From contig DBGCPK010000010.1 in the NCBI GenBank assembly GCA_048359995.1, positions 9,860-73,859 on the forward strand: DNA of 64,000 nt, read 5' to 3'. This stretch comes from Bacilli bacterium. GTDB taxonomy: Bacteria; Bacillota_I; Bacilli_A; RFN20; CAG-449. The notes under the pieces were generated by a model. The model was not told where the DNA came from, made no database searches, and worked only from the letters and a program-made list of their open reading frames with translations. This document shows, piece by piece, positions 30,901-40,468 of the stretch. The position numbers and the translations under genes were made by a program. Numbering within the stretch: the first letter of the stretch is position 1; every line of letters starts with the position of its first letter.

Positions 30901-30989
30901 TGATCAGTTGTTTGATTGCTTATATTTCCTGCGCGCTTCCGGTTTATTCGGTCGCGAAGAAAAAACCGATTAACGTTATCAAGGGGTAA
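27981..30989 (+). CDS. Fused ABC ATPase / FtsX-MacB-type permease (1002 aa)
   Basis: Walker A GKSGSGKST, signature LSGGQKQRVAIARA, Walker B IIMADEPTGALD. One TM at about aa 335, a roughly 500-aa ectodomain, and a C-terminal FtsX-like block (HEIGILRAIGSRSRDV) with 3 TMs. Confidence 0.85.
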   Translation: MLELKNVTKIYHLKKAEDVVALNDISLKFPDKGMVFILGKSGSGKSTFLNVVGGLDSFDKGEIIINDRSSKGFSQSDFDSYRNTYIGFIFQEYNIFEELSVRKNIALALELQGKSASEEEIKRILNLVDLEDLEERKPKELSGGQKQRVAIARAIVKNPQIIMADEPTGALDSQTGKQVLTTLKNLSEDKLVVVVSHDREFAETYADRIVEFKDGKVISDVTSGIDRRAISGFERREKKWIRIRKNHVLSSEEKEEIIRFIENNENDTLVSFEPEISRKIDTQGEFFGAESRFVPTDESRIERDEKKFTTIKSKLSFRNSFIFGLNSMKVKPFRLILVILLSCISFGLFGFVDTLSSYSATNTIVNSIVSTNIDYASFTKNYTFYHWITNLNSEKTVMTGFSGTKDIAYLNECFNLDFKGVYKNTEVGDFSLTNNMLRDYHEANSYYVNELSGLIEADEKTLKSLNYHLAYGRLPENPDEICLTDYTYSLFREQGYYNHFDTSDRLLISEMTPYEEYMDENTLVVNASTGEYRTLFVNNQEFKIVGILHTGFDFDKYEILIDNIDDSSYKYLNENYQLNIRYGYHNLGYLAPGSLSTIVEENQLSLLNALTTFRLETANVRNGFSFSYIGKYDQIPEQTVVKDDVSKLSDQETIVSDSFLFDRGGLQSKMQGIALMSEDAEFYGVSNLADAYSLIKEKMIEDYANLHPDEAAAYNPYGGTERYIQFLSDEGTGYYVNPYGTSGYELISREKKRLLSAYKDEIFQITFQISIADANAYLEEAKQYKMNIVGFYVANNDVSGKCLILSDENYGHYVGVEESYYAFVIAKMPKSRGTIRRLVNFEDSESDIYYCMNNESKIAIDVLDATLEASRDICFYIGLALSAFSVLFLFNFISVSISNKKHEIGILRAIGSRSRDVLKIFFTESFIIAMINFLLSTILLSVVSAVGNAVMQRFTGLSVALFSPGVRQFGIMLLISCLIAYISCALPVYSVAKKKPINVIKG

Positions 30990-31002
30990 AGGAGAAAAAA
31001 AT

Positions 31003-32115
31003 ATGCAAAATGAAATCGTCACGGCATCGATATTCAAACGGGTCGGCGCAGCCGTTCTCGACGCGATTTTGATTTTTATTTTTATCGTTTTGATGCAAAG
31101 TTGGGTAGTCGTTCCGATCGCCGACGCTTGCTTCGGATACTCGGACACGCAACAGGAGTACCGCGATAAATTGGTGGAAAGCGGAATGTACGTCGAGTAT
31201 TCTTCCTCCGGAAATGACAGCGAAAAGGCCGTCTATCCGATTACCGCGGCTGCGCTTTACGACGCGACAACCGGGAAAGATAATCTAAACGATCGCACTT
31301 GTTCCGCGTTCGATTATTACGAACCGTTCTTTTCGACTTTTGTCGCTTCTCCTTACGGACAATACAACATCGCGGGCAAAGGTGAAACCGAGGAGAGTTT
31401 TTCCGAAGAATTTATCAGAGCAAAAAGCGAAGCCGAAAACCTATTCGTTTTAAGCGGTGAAACCTATGTTCCTGTCGAAGGTGCAACCAACGAGAAACTG
31501 GCTGAATTTTACGTCAATCAATATGACAATTTTGTCGGCGTTGCTTTATATAATGTAAATGGGGAAATCTATTCTTTGGCACTGGAAATCAACAATATTT
31601 CGATTTGGGGCTTGATTATAACCGGAACTTTGGCTTTCGTCATCTTCTCTTTGGTTATTCCGCTTTGCCGTAAAAACGGTGAGACGATCGGAAAGATGAT
31701 TGTCGGCAGCGCGGTGGTTTCCAGAAAAGACGGGTTCCGCGTCAGAAAAACGCAGACTTTGATCCGCTTCGTTTCTTTCTTCTTTCTGGAAATCGTCTTG
31801 TCGGTTATGCTTGGAAATTTTGCCTTGATTCTGGTAATGCTCCCGCTTTTGGCTTCGTTTACTTTCGTGATTTTCAGCAAATCGCATTGCGCTTTCCACG
31901 ATTACTTCGCCGCGACTGTTGTCATCGATAAAAACAAGTGCATCGTTTACAAAAACGCCGAAGAACTCAACGAACACCTGCTGCAATTGAAGGCAATCGA
32001 AGAACAGGACGTCTATCGCGTCAAAGATAAAGATAATGATCCGGAAGTTTTTGAATCCGGAGCATTCGCACAAAGCGCGTCCGAAGAGGGCGCCGAAACG
32101 GACAAGGACTCATAG
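31003..32115 (+). CDS. Second RDD-family membrane protein
   Basis: FKRVGAAVLDAILIF, GETIGKMIVGSAVV, CAFHDYFAATVVID. ATG at 31003 follows GGAGAAAAAA. Confidence 0.65.
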   Translation: MQNEIVTASIFKRVGAAVLDAILIFIFIVLMQSWVVVPIADACFGYSDTQQEYRDKLVESGMYVEYSSSGNDSEKAVYPITAAALYDATTGKDNLNDRTCSAFDYYEPFFSTFVASPYGQYNIAGKGETEESFSEEFIRAKSEAENLFVLSGETYVPVEGATNEKLAEFYVNQYDNFVGVALYNVNGEIYSLALEINNISIWGLIITGTLAFVIFSLVIPLCRKNGETIGKMIVGSAVVSRKDGFRVRKTQTLIRFVSFFFLEIVLSVMLGNFALILVMLPLLASFTFVIFSKSHCAFHDYFAATVVIDKNKCIVYKNAEELNEHLLQLKAIEEQDVYRVKDKDNDPEVFESGAFAQSASEEGAETDKDS

Positions 32116-32130
32116 CATGAGTTCTTTTTT
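32108..32130 (+). terminator. Candidate intrinsic terminator overlapping the stop codon
   Basis: actcat / agc / atgagt, then tcTTTTTT. Confidence 0.45.
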
Positions 32131-32209
32131 GTGGTAGTTGGTATAAAATCCGACCTTGAATTGGGTTTTATATTGATGTACAATATAATCAGAATTTGGA
32201 GGATTGCTA

Positions 32210-33322
32210 ATGGAAATTCGATTAGAACACTTGACTAAACAATTCCCGGGAAGTAAGAAAGGCGAGCAAGGCACAATCGCCGTCAACGATCTTGACATTA
32301 CGATTCCTGACGGAAAGTTAGTCGGGTTATTAGGTCCATCCGGCTGCGGGAAATCGACGACGCTGTATATGATTTCCGGCCTGTTGGAGCCGACTTCCGG
32401 ACACATTTGGTTCGGAGACGACGATGTCACAAACCTGACTCCGGATAAAAGGGGCATCGGTCTGGTATTCCAGAATTATGCGCTTTATCCGCATATGACG
32501 GTTTACAAGAACATCGCGTTCCCTCTTGAAAACCTGAGAGTGGAAGAAGAGAAAAATGGTAAAAAAGTTAAGAGAAAACTGACCAAGGTCGAAATCGACG
32601 CAATGGTCAAAGAGGCTGCGAATCTCGTTCAGATTGCCAATCTTCTCGATCGGAAGCCGAATCAACTCTCCGGCGGACAGCAACAACGGGTGGCTATCGC
32701 CAGAGCGTTAGTCAAAAAGCCGAAGGTTCTTCTTCTCGACGAACCGTTATCCAATTTGGACGCCCGTTTGAGATTGCAAACCAGAGAGGAAATCCGCCGC
32801 TTGCAGAGAGAAACCGGTATTACCACCATTTTCGTTACTCACGATCAAGAAGAAGCGATGTCGATTTCCGATGAAATCGTCGTGATGAAACTCGGTGTCG
32901 AACAGCAGAGAGACGTTCCGCAGGAAGTATATAATAACCCGAAAAATTTATTCGTCGCTCAGTTCTTGGGAACTCCGCCGATCAACGTATTCCACGGAAC
33001 GATCAAAAAGCACAAGGTCTATATCGGCGACGAGGCGATTCTTTCGTTGGATAAATCGATTGCCGATCAAGAAGTGTACGTCGGTATTCGACCGGAAGGA
33101 TTTATCGTCGAAGAAAACGGACCGTTGCACGTCAAAGTCGAACAGATCGAAACGTTGGGAAGAGATATCTCCATCGTCGGATCGCACGAAGCCAATTTGA
33201 AACCGTCCTTTAAAATCATTGTCGATTCGGATAATAAAGTTTCGATCGGAAATGTTTCTTTGTCGGTTAAGAAACATAAATGCTACATTTTCAATAAAGA
33301 AACCGAAGAAAGGATTGCATAA
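32210..33322 (+). CDS. Carbohydrate-type (CUT1, MsmK/UgpC/MalK-like) ABC transporter ATPase
   Basis: GPSGCGKSTT, LSGGQQQRVAIARAL, LLLDEPLSNLDA, and a C-terminal regulatory (TOBE-like) domain. GGAGGA precedes the ATG at 32210. Confidence 0.9.
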   Translation: MEIRLEHLTKQFPGSKKGEQGTIAVNDLDITIPDGKLVGLLGPSGCGKSTTLYMISGLLEPTSGHIWFGDDDVTNLTPDKRGIGLVFQNYALYPHMTVYKNIAFPLENLRVEEEKNGKKVKRKLTKVEIDAMVKEAANLVQIANLLDRKPNQLSGGQQQRVAIARALVKKPKVLLLDEPLSNLDARLRLQTREEIRRLQRETGITTIFVTHDQEEAMSISDEIVVMKLGVEQQRDVPQEVYNNPKNLFVAQFLGTPPINVFHGTIKKHKVYIGDEAILSLDKSIADQEVYVGIRPEGFIVEENGPLHVKVEQIETLGRDISIVGSHEANLKPSFKIIVDSDNKVSIGNVSLSVKKHKCYIFNKETEERIA

Positions 33323-33324
33323 TT

Positions 33325-34263
33325 ATGGAGTCTAAGAATAACTGGAAGGCTTGGTTATATTTAGCTCCGGCTATTATCCTGTTATTGATTTTTACTTTCT
33401 ATCCTCTGATCAATACGATCTTGATCGCATTTGCCAAAGATTATAATATCTACGCCAATGAAACGGCGTTGGGCGCGATTTTCCGTACCGGATTTACGTT
33501 TGATAATTTCGGATATGTGCTGGGGGTAAAAGGAATTTCGTACAACGGGCAGGTGCTCTACGATAAGACCGTTATCGAATTTGCGTTGCCGAACACGTTG
33601 ATTATCGTCTTCGTTACCGTTCCGCTTTCGATTCTGATCGCTCTTCTGATCGCGGTGGGAATCAATTCGATCAAGTGGTTTCAGAAAATATTCCAGACGA
33701 TTTTCTTCATTCCTTACGTTACCAACTCGATTGCCATTGGTATGGTATTCGCGGTCATTTTCGCGGGGACTAACGGTCTGTGGAACTCGATTTTCCACTT
33801 GGGAAATGTAAGTTGGGTGGATATGGGGGCAAGCCGTCTCAACGGTATGCTCGCGCTCTGCGTCTACATCATTTGGCACGCGTTGCCGTATAAAATTCTG
33901 ATCTTTCTTTCCGGTTTGCAGGGAATCGACAAGCAATACTATCAGGCTGCGCAGATCGACAGCGCTTCGAGAAGCAAAACTTTCTTCCGCGTAACCGTGC
34001 CGCTGCTTTCGCCGCAGATCGTATACGTGATGATCACTTCGCTGATCGGATCGTTCAAAGAGTATTCTTCGATCGTCGCCTTATTCAACGGTCAAGGAAC
34101 TTCTTCGGGAAGTTACAATATGTATACGATCACTTATTACATTTACGACAATATTTCCCAAGCGCCGACAAGGGCTTCCGCCGCCGCGGTTCTTCTGTTT
34201 ATCATCATCATGTTCTTCACGGTGATTCAGAGACAGGTTTCCGCGAAACGGGTGCATTATTAG
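33325..34263 (+). CDS. ABC transporter permease (MalF/UgpA-like)
   Basis: 6-TM binding-protein-dependent permease with an EAA-like loop (QAAQIDSASRSKTFFRVTVP). Confidence 0.85.
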   Translation: MESKNNWKAWLYLAPAIILLLIFTFYPLINTILIAFAKDYNIYANETALGAIFRTGFTFDNFGYVLGVKGISYNGQVLYDKTVIEFALPNTLIIVFVTVPLSILIALLIAVGINSIKWFQKIFQTIFFIPYVTNSIAIGMVFAVIFAGTNGLWNSIFHLGNVSWVDMGASRLNGMLALCVYIIWHALPYKILIFLSGLQGIDKQYYQAAQIDSASRSKTFFRVTVPLLSPQIVYVMITSLIGSFKEYSSIVALFNGQGTSSGSYNMYTITYYIYDNISQAPTRASAAAVLLFIIIMFFTVIQRQVSAKRVHY

Positions 34264-34275
34264 GAGGTATAAAGG

Positions 34276-35352
34276 ATGAAAAATTTTATGAATAAAGTGA
34301 AATCCTTCTTCTCCAATATCAAAGAGACCATCGCCAAACCTTTCAAGAAAAAGGAATTCACGGCCGAACAATTGGCTCAGGTCAATACTTCTTCGATCGT
34401 TCTCGTCATCAAAGAGGGAAATATCAGCGAAGAAAAACTGGAAAAAATATCCAAAGCAGGTAAGATTATTTTCACTACAATTACATATGTCTTCCTGGTT
34501 TTGATGGCTATCGTCGTCATCATTCCGTTCTACTGGATGCTGGCAACTTCGTTGAAATCGATCTACGAAGTCAGGGATACGATCACTTACTATCCGCATG
34601 ACTTTATGTGGGTAAACTATTCCGTATTGTTCAAAGGGGCGCCGATCGGCACTTATCCTTTGGGTAACGGTCAAATGAACTCGTACAAGATCGCGGCGTT
34701 TCCGTTCTGGACTTATTTGAAAAATACCTTGATTGTCGGTATTCTTTCTACGCTTGGAACGGTAATTACTTCGATTCTCGCGGCATTTGCTTTCTCCAGA
34801 TTGAATTTCAAAGGGAAAGATTTCCTCTTCACCTGCTTCTTGGCGACGATGATGATTCCGGGAGAGATGATGGTGATTACTAACTATATCACCGTCGCGC
34901 AGTTGGGATGGTTGGAAAACAACGTCGGCATTTACGCCTCGATGATCGTTCCGTTTATCATCTCGGTGTTCTACATCTATTTGCTGAGACAGAATTTCAA
35001 GCAGATTCCGAACGAATTGTATTATGCGGCTAAAGTGGACGGGAAGACGGACTGGGCTTATCTTTGGAAAGTTATGGTTCCCCTCGCGGCACCGACTTTG
35101 ATTACGATCTTTATCTTAAAACTGATGGGCGCTTGGAACTCTTACGTGTGGCCGAATCTGGTTACCAATTCGGAGAGTATGCGTTTGATCACCAACGGAC
35201 TTCGCGCTTATTCGGGAAGTGCCGACGGAACGACCAATCAACCGCTTCAAATGGCGGCTACGGTTATCGTAACGTTACCGCTTCTTCTGTTGTTCATTTT
35301 CTTCCGAAAATACATTATGAAAGGCGTCGGACGCGCCGGTATCAAAGGGTAA
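34276..35352 (+). CDS. ABC transporter permease (MalG/UgpE-like) with an N-terminal extension
   Basis: EAA-like loop YYAAKVDGKTDWAYLWKVMVP. Confidence 0.85.
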   Translation: MKNFMNKVKSFFSNIKETIAKPFKKKEFTAEQLAQVNTSSIVLVIKEGNISEEKLEKISKAGKIIFTTITYVFLVLMAIVVIIPFYWMLATSLKSIYEVRDTITYYPHDFMWVNYSVLFKGAPIGTYPLGNGQMNSYKIAAFPFWTYLKNTLIVGILSTLGTVITSILAAFAFSRLNFKGKDFLFTCFLATMMIPGEMMVITNYITVAQLGWLENNVGIYASMIVPFIISVFYIYLLRQNFKQIPNELYYAAKVDGKTDWAYLWKVMVPLAAPTLITIFILKLMGAWNSYVWPNLVTNSESMRLITNGLRAYSGSADGTTNQPLQMAATVIVTLPLLLLFIFFRKYIMKGVGRAGIKG

Positions 35353-35399
35353 TAAAACGATTGCGTTTTGTTATATGAGTAAAAGAAAGGAAATTTTAA

Positions 35400-36866
35400 A
35401 TGAAAAACAAGTTAATTAAAACTTTGTGTGCTGCGACATTGCTGACAATATCCTGTACGGCACTCGCGGGCTGCGGAAATTCGAACTCAGGAAAAACCGT
35501 AGTTACTTTCTGGCATACGATGGGACAAGCGAACCAGCAAACTTTGAATAATATGATTGCTGCGTTTAATGCGATTCCAGGGAACGAAAACATCAAAATC
35601 GAACACGATCAGCAGGGAGGATATGCCGACATCTATGAGAAACTGCAAAAAGCGATTCCGGCAAAAACGACCCCGGTTATGGCGTATTGCTATCCGGATC
35701 ACGTGGCCGATTACATCGATGCCGGCGCGGCCGTCAAACTCGACGATCTGATCAACGATCCGGAAATCGGTTACACTTCGACGGGAAAAGCAACCACCGA
35801 TCCGGATTACAAGGTTGAAGACGATTTGAACGACTTCATTACTTCGTTCTTGCAAGAAGGACGGGAATATTCGACGGAAGGAACATACTCGTTGCCTTTC
35901 TCCAAATCGACGGAAGTTCTGTTCTATAACGAAACTTATCTGGTGGAACACGGCTACGTCGACAGCGAAGGGAATGCCGTCGTTCCGACAAAATGGGAAA
36001 ATGAAAGCGATCCGGACGATCTGACGGCAATCATCAACCTTGCCAGAAAGATCAAAGCGAACGACAGCGCGATTATCGCGCCGTTAGGTTACGATTCCGA
36101 TGATAACTTGTTCATCACTTTTGCCAAGCAGTTGGGGCTTCCGTATACTTCGATCGGGAGCGACGGAAGAGGTCAATTCGATTTCAACACCGCCGAAGTC
36201 AAGGCGATGGTCGAAAAAGTAAAAGGCTGGTACGACGAGGGGTTGATCAAGACCCAAGGAACGATCGAAAGTCAGTCGTATACATCGACTTATTTCAAAA
36301 AACAGCAATTGATTTTCTCGATCGGATCAACCGGCGGAACTACCTATAACGAACCGAGCAAGGATTCGGACGGACAATACGAATTCCAGGCCAAAGTCGC
36401 CGCGATTCCGCAATGGGGAGAAACTTCTTATTGCATTTCTCAGGGACCTTCGATCGTCTTCTTCCAAAACAAAAAGATTTCGGACGAACAACTTCGCGCG
36501 GCTTTCAAATTCTACAAATTCATCACCAACCCTGAAAATTCCGCGGCATACTCGATCTTGACGGGATATGAACCGGTTAAACAATCTTCGTATACGACTT
36601 CCGCTTACGTGTCTCACTTGAATCCGGTCGATGTGACAACTCAGGAACCGTTGGAGGATAACGAACTCGAACTGAAAACCCGCGTTGCCAGAATGACGCA
36701 AACGCTGAAAGACGATTACTTCGTTTCGCCGGCTTTCGTCGGTTCGGCTACGGCTCGTACTCAGGTCGGCGGTATCATCACGCAGGTTCTTCTCGGACAA
36801 AAAGGAATCGATCTGGCTTTCAACGATGCTTTGACACAATGCGCCTTTGCTTTACCGCTTCAATAG
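35400..36866 (+). CDS. Extracellular solute-binding lipoprotein (family 1 type)
   Basis: Lipobox LAGCGNS. VTFWHTMG start typical of CUT1 binding proteins. 488 aa. Confidence 0.8.
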   Translation: MKNKLIKTLCAATLLTISCTALAGCGNSNSGKTVVTFWHTMGQANQQTLNNMIAAFNAIPGNENIKIEHDQQGGYADIYEKLQKAIPAKTTPVMAYCYPDHVADYIDAGAAVKLDDLINDPEIGYTSTGKATTDPDYKVEDDLNDFITSFLQEGREYSTEGTYSLPFSKSTEVLFYNETYLVEHGYVDSEGNAVVPTKWENESDPDDLTAIINLARKIKANDSAIIAPLGYDSDDNLFITFAKQLGLPYTSIGSDGRGQFDFNTAEVKAMVEKVKGWYDEGLIKTQGTIESQSYTSTYFKKQQLIFSIGSTGGTTYNEPSKDSDGQYEFQAKVAAIPQWGETSYCISQGPSIVFFQNKKISDEQLRAAFKFYKFITNPENSAAYSILTGYEPVKQSSYTTSAYVSHLNPVDVTTQEPLEDNELELKTRVARMTQTLKDDYFVSPAFVGSATARTQVGGIITQVLLGQKGIDLAFNDALTQCAFALPLQ

Positions 36867-36876
36867 GTGATTCGCT

Positions 36877-38277
36877 ATGATTTTACATAAAAAAATCAAA
36901 TCATTGCTGATGGCGCTGTTGTTGGTGTTCTCTGCGGTTACCGCTTCGACGGCTCTCACCTCTTGCGGAGGGACAGTGAAGAAAATCGATTATACCGGTC
37001 AAACGCGGATCATAAGCGAAGAATGGAAGACTTCCAATTTCATTCAAAACGGTGTCGGAGTCGTCGATCTGTACAAATGCGTCGACGGAGATACCGCGCA
37101 CTTCACGTTAGGCGACCATTTGATTCAGGGGAGATTCAACGGAGTAGATACTCCTGAATCTACCGGAATCTTGGAGAAGTGGGGATTGCAAGCGAGCAAT
37201 TTTACAAAAGAAAAACTTCTCAATGCCAAAACGATCGTTCTGGAAACCGAACCGAACAATACGGCTTTGGGTCCTGAACAGGACGGGAACGGCCGCTATT
37301 TAGTTTGGGTATGGTATTCGGATCGCACACCGGAAGAAGAGGACGGAAGTCAGTTGTATCTTCTCAATCTTCAATTGGTGCAGGAGGGATTTTCCCTCAC
37401 GAAGGGAGTTTCCGGAAGCGCTTATGCCGACGTGATCTACGACGCCGACGCGCAAGCGCAGAAATTGAAAATCCACCTCTATTCCGACGATGAAGATCCT
37501 TTGTTCTATGAAGGCGATGCCATCGTCAACGAACTCGATGTGTATCAGCATCCGGAGGAATATGTCGGCAGAAAAGTTTATCTGACAGGCGTCGTTACCC
37601 GGACTTTGGGCGATAACGCGTACATTCAAAAGACGCTTTACGACGAAGAAGACAATGAAATCGGTACTTACGGAATTTATATCTTTACTCAGTATAAGAA
37701 GTACGACATTCTCTCCAAAGGTAACGAAATCTCGGCGACGGGAACGATCGCGGAAAGATACGGCGCGTATCAGTTGATTAACGTGTCTTATTCCAATGTC
37801 GACACTTTGAAAGGAGAAGATGATATGGTTCTCCTTTCCATCGGGAATGCGGTCAATCCGCTTCTCATCACTGCATCGGAAGCCAATACAAACTCGTATA
37901 TGGGTGTTTTGGTTACGATTGAGAATCTTACGATTACCGGCGGTTACGGCGGATATGATAACAATTTCGCGGAATGTATGGAATCTCCGGACGCATCGCA
38001 GGAATATTGTATATCGAATTCCAGCAATGCGATGACGCTCTACGCCGTGCAGACGGATCCTGATACTCAGGCGAAGGTAGATTTCTGCATTCGGATAGAC
38101 AGTTCCACTTTTATCAAAAAGAAAAGCGGAGCGACGGTCAAAGACTACAACTATTTTGTAGGACAAACGCTAACACTTACTGGGGTAATGAGCATGTATG
38201 AAAGCGAAAAAACGGGGAACAACACCATTCAAATGATGCTTCTTGCGACCAGCGATATTATTTATATCAGCGAATAA
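36877..38277 (+). CDS. Lipoprotein nuclease: SNase (thermonuclease) domain plus OB-fold-like modules
   Basis: Lipobox LTSCGG. VDGDTAHF...GRFNGVDTPES...GRYLVWVW matches staphylococcal nuclease catalytic landmarks (D21, R35, D40-T41, E43, R87). Followed by VYLTGVVTR..NAYIQ..YGIYIFT OB-like segments. Confidence 0.75.
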   Translation: MILHKKIKSLLMALLLVFSAVTASTALTSCGGTVKKIDYTGQTRIISEEWKTSNFIQNGVGVVDLYKCVDGDTAHFTLGDHLIQGRFNGVDTPESTGILEKWGLQASNFTKEKLLNAKTIVLETEPNNTALGPEQDGNGRYLVWVWYSDRTPEEEDGSQLYLLNLQLVQEGFSLTKGVSGSAYADVIYDADAQAQKLKIHLYSDDEDPLFYEGDAIVNELDVYQHPEEYVGRKVYLTGVVTRTLGDNAYIQKTLYDEEDNEIGTYGIYIFTQYKKYDILSKGNEISATGTIAERYGAYQLINVSYSNVDTLKGEDDMVLLSIGNAVNPLLITASEANTNSYMGVLVTIENLTITGGYGGYDNNFAECMESPDASQEYCISNSSNAMTLYAVQTDPDTQAKVDFCIRIDSSTFIKKKSGATVKDYNYFVGQTLTLTGVMSMYESEKTGNNTIQMMLLATSDIIYISE

Positions 38278-38291
38278 AGAAAGGAAAAAGA

Positions 38292-40337
38292 ATGAAAAAA
38301 TTCAAAATTTTAACTCTAAGCACGGTTGCGCTTCTGGCAATGGGAAGCGTTGTCGGTTGTGGCGGAAAAAAGGATGACAAAGATTCTCCGGAAGAGATTC
38401 TTGCCAGCGCCAAAGCGGCATTGGTATTCCCGAATTTGACAACGGGTGTCAAAGCAAGTTTTGATCTTTACGATACGCTCGACGGAGTGTCTATCACTTA
38501 TTCGATCGCGAACACCTATACCGTTGCACAAGGAACGCTGACGGAAACCGTTACTGCGGCATGTCCTTATATTTCGATCAGCGAAGACAACAAAACGGCG
38601 AATATCACACCGGCTTATTTGAAAGATTCGGTTACCATCAATGGAGAATCCGTAACGGTTGACAATACTTGGTATGCCACGACCGTTTTGACCGCGACGC
38701 TTACCTACGGCGATCTTACCGATACGAAAAAATTCAACATCAAGATCGTTCCTACTGCCAAAGTGATGACTTACAGTGAATTCATCGCGGCTCAGAACAA
38801 CAGCGCGATCTGCATTCAGGTTATCATCGACAAGGTCGGTATCGAGAGAAAATACAACTACAATCTCGCTTGGGGTCATGATCAAGCAGGCAATGCGTAC
38901 TATATGTACAACATTCCGAACACCTATATGACCGACGATTTGGTCGCAGTCGGAAACGAAGTCATTATGACCGGTTCCAAGAGCATCTACTCCGGATTCC
39001 ACGAATTGCAGAAAGCCGACGGCGTCATGTTAGTGAACAAAGATTCCTCTTATGTTGCACCTGAATTCCAAGACGTCACCGCCGATTTGAATGCCGCTGA
39101 GTCGATGGATTCCAAAGATTTGGTCAAATATCAGGCCGCGCCGATAAAGATCCAGAACCTTATCGTCGCTAAAACACCGGAAATTCCGGCAGTTCAGACA
39201 AATGAAACTTACGGACAATACTACGATACATTCAGCATTGTCTGTACGTTAGGAGAAGGCGGAAAAGAATTCAGCCTCAGAGTGAGCAGAGCCGCCGACG
39301 ATCCTGTCGCATTGGTCGATGTGGTCAAGACGCTGCAAGTCGATGATGTCCTCACCGTTAAGGGATGGGGCGAATGGTATAACGAATTGCAACTGACTAT
39401 GCTCGCTACCGATTCGATCACCAAAACCGGAACGATCTCCAAAACGGACGATGAAAAACTGGCCGGTGCGAAAACCGCAGCGGAAGAAAAACTTCCGGCT
39501 ACCGCAATCGTAAGCAATTTCAACTTACCGATTACAAGCACTTACAATTCGACGATTGCTTGGACTTCCAGCAATACGGACGTTCTCGCTATCGATAACG
39601 AAACAGGTCTCTGCACGATTACTCCAAGTTCGACGGAGGATGTGGTCGTAACCTTAACCGGTACGCTTACCATTCCGGGTATCGAAAATACGATCGAGAT
39701 TACCAAAGATGTAACGGTATCGCGAGTTGTCACTTCGACTATTCTCAAAGCCAGAATGGCTGCGGATGCAAGTTCGACAGAGGCGATGGAGATTACCGGT
39801 GTTGTTACCAACGTTCAGGGAACTTCGTTCTACATCGACGACGGTGAATCCGCGATCATGGTTTACAATTTGACCGGTCATAACTATGTCAAGGGCGATG
39901 TGGTTGCTCTCACTTCTACGGTGACGAGCTACAATGGTCTCTATGAAACGACGAGCAAAGGCGTAACCGCTCATGAAAAATTGACGGATTCGGATCTCGT
40001 TGCCAGAGAGGCTTTGGTTCTGACTGCCGATAACTTCTCTGCCGATGCCTTGAAGGGCGAAGACAGCAGATTGGTATCCGCTTCCGGCTTAGTGTTGAAA
40101 TCAGTGACTACGGCGGCAAGTACTGCTTCCAGCGGACTATATGTCTTCTCATTGGGAAGCGTAGATGTCACGATTACTGTGAACAAGTATGCGTACAATG
40201 TCACAGAAATTGCTGAGAAATTGGCAACTTTGAATGTCGGAGACACGATTGACGTCGTCAATGCCAACTTGGGTTGGTATAAAGTACCGCAAATCGATAT
40301 TTGCGAAGTCGATTCCATCGTTATTCCAAACGCATAA
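38292..40337 (+). CDS. Large surface lipoprotein with repeated OB-fold-like and Ig-like modules; no catalytic motif seen
   Basis: Lipobox VVGCGG. Segments such as MEITGVVTNVQGTSFYIDDGESAIMVYNL..GDVVALTSTVTSYNGLYE resemble the OB modules of the flanking nuclease. NSTIAWTSSNTDVLAID is Ig-like-repeat-like. Confidence 0.5.
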   Translation: MKKFKILTLSTVALLAMGSVVGCGGKKDDKDSPEEILASAKAALVFPNLTTGVKASFDLYDTLDGVSITYSIANTYTVAQGTLTETVTAACPYISISEDNKTANITPAYLKDSVTINGESVTVDNTWYATTVLTATLTYGDLTDTKKFNIKIVPTAKVMTYSEFIAAQNNSAICIQVIIDKVGIERKYNYNLAWGHDQAGNAYYMYNIPNTYMTDDLVAVGNEVIMTGSKSIYSGFHELQKADGVMLVNKDSSYVAPEFQDVTADLNAAESMDSKDLVKYQAAPIKIQNLIVAKTPEIPAVQTNETYGQYYDTFSIVCTLGEGGKEFSLRVSRAADDPVALVDVVKTLQVDDVLTVKGWGEWYNELQLTMLATDSITKTGTISKTDDEKLAGAKTAAEEKLPATAIVSNFNLPITSTYNSTIAWTSSNTDVLAIDNETGLCTITPSSTEDVVVTLTGTLTIPGIENTIEITKDVTVSRVVTSTILKARMAADASSTEAMEITGVVTNVQGTSFYIDDGESAIMVYNLTGHNYVKGDVVALTSTVTSYNGLYETTSKGVTAHEKLTDSDLVAREALVLTADNFSADALKGEDSRLVSASGLVLKSVTTAASTASSGLYVFSLGSVDVTITVNKYAYNVTEIAEKLATLNVGDTIDVVNANLGWYKVPQIDICEVDSIVIPNA

Positions 40338-40356
40338 TCATCTTAGATGAAAAAGG

Positions 40357-40385
40357 GACAGGCTGAATCAGCCTGTCTTTTTTTG
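40357..40385 (+). terminator. Intrinsic terminator
   Basis: gacaggctg / aat / cagcctgtc, then T7. Confidence 0.8.
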
Positions 40386-40468
40386 TCGATTTGGAAGTCA
40401 TTCATTTAATCTATATTATTTTTTTTCTTTTTTTGCTATAATGATTTTGAAAGAAAAAGGTTGATGTT

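Noticed and set aside
37300-39002. Long minus-strand ORFs 37300..38166 and 38316..39002
   Set aside because: They are antisense to the nuclease and OB-repeat lipoprotein genes, which have signal peptides, lipoboxes and catalytic motifs on the plus strand.
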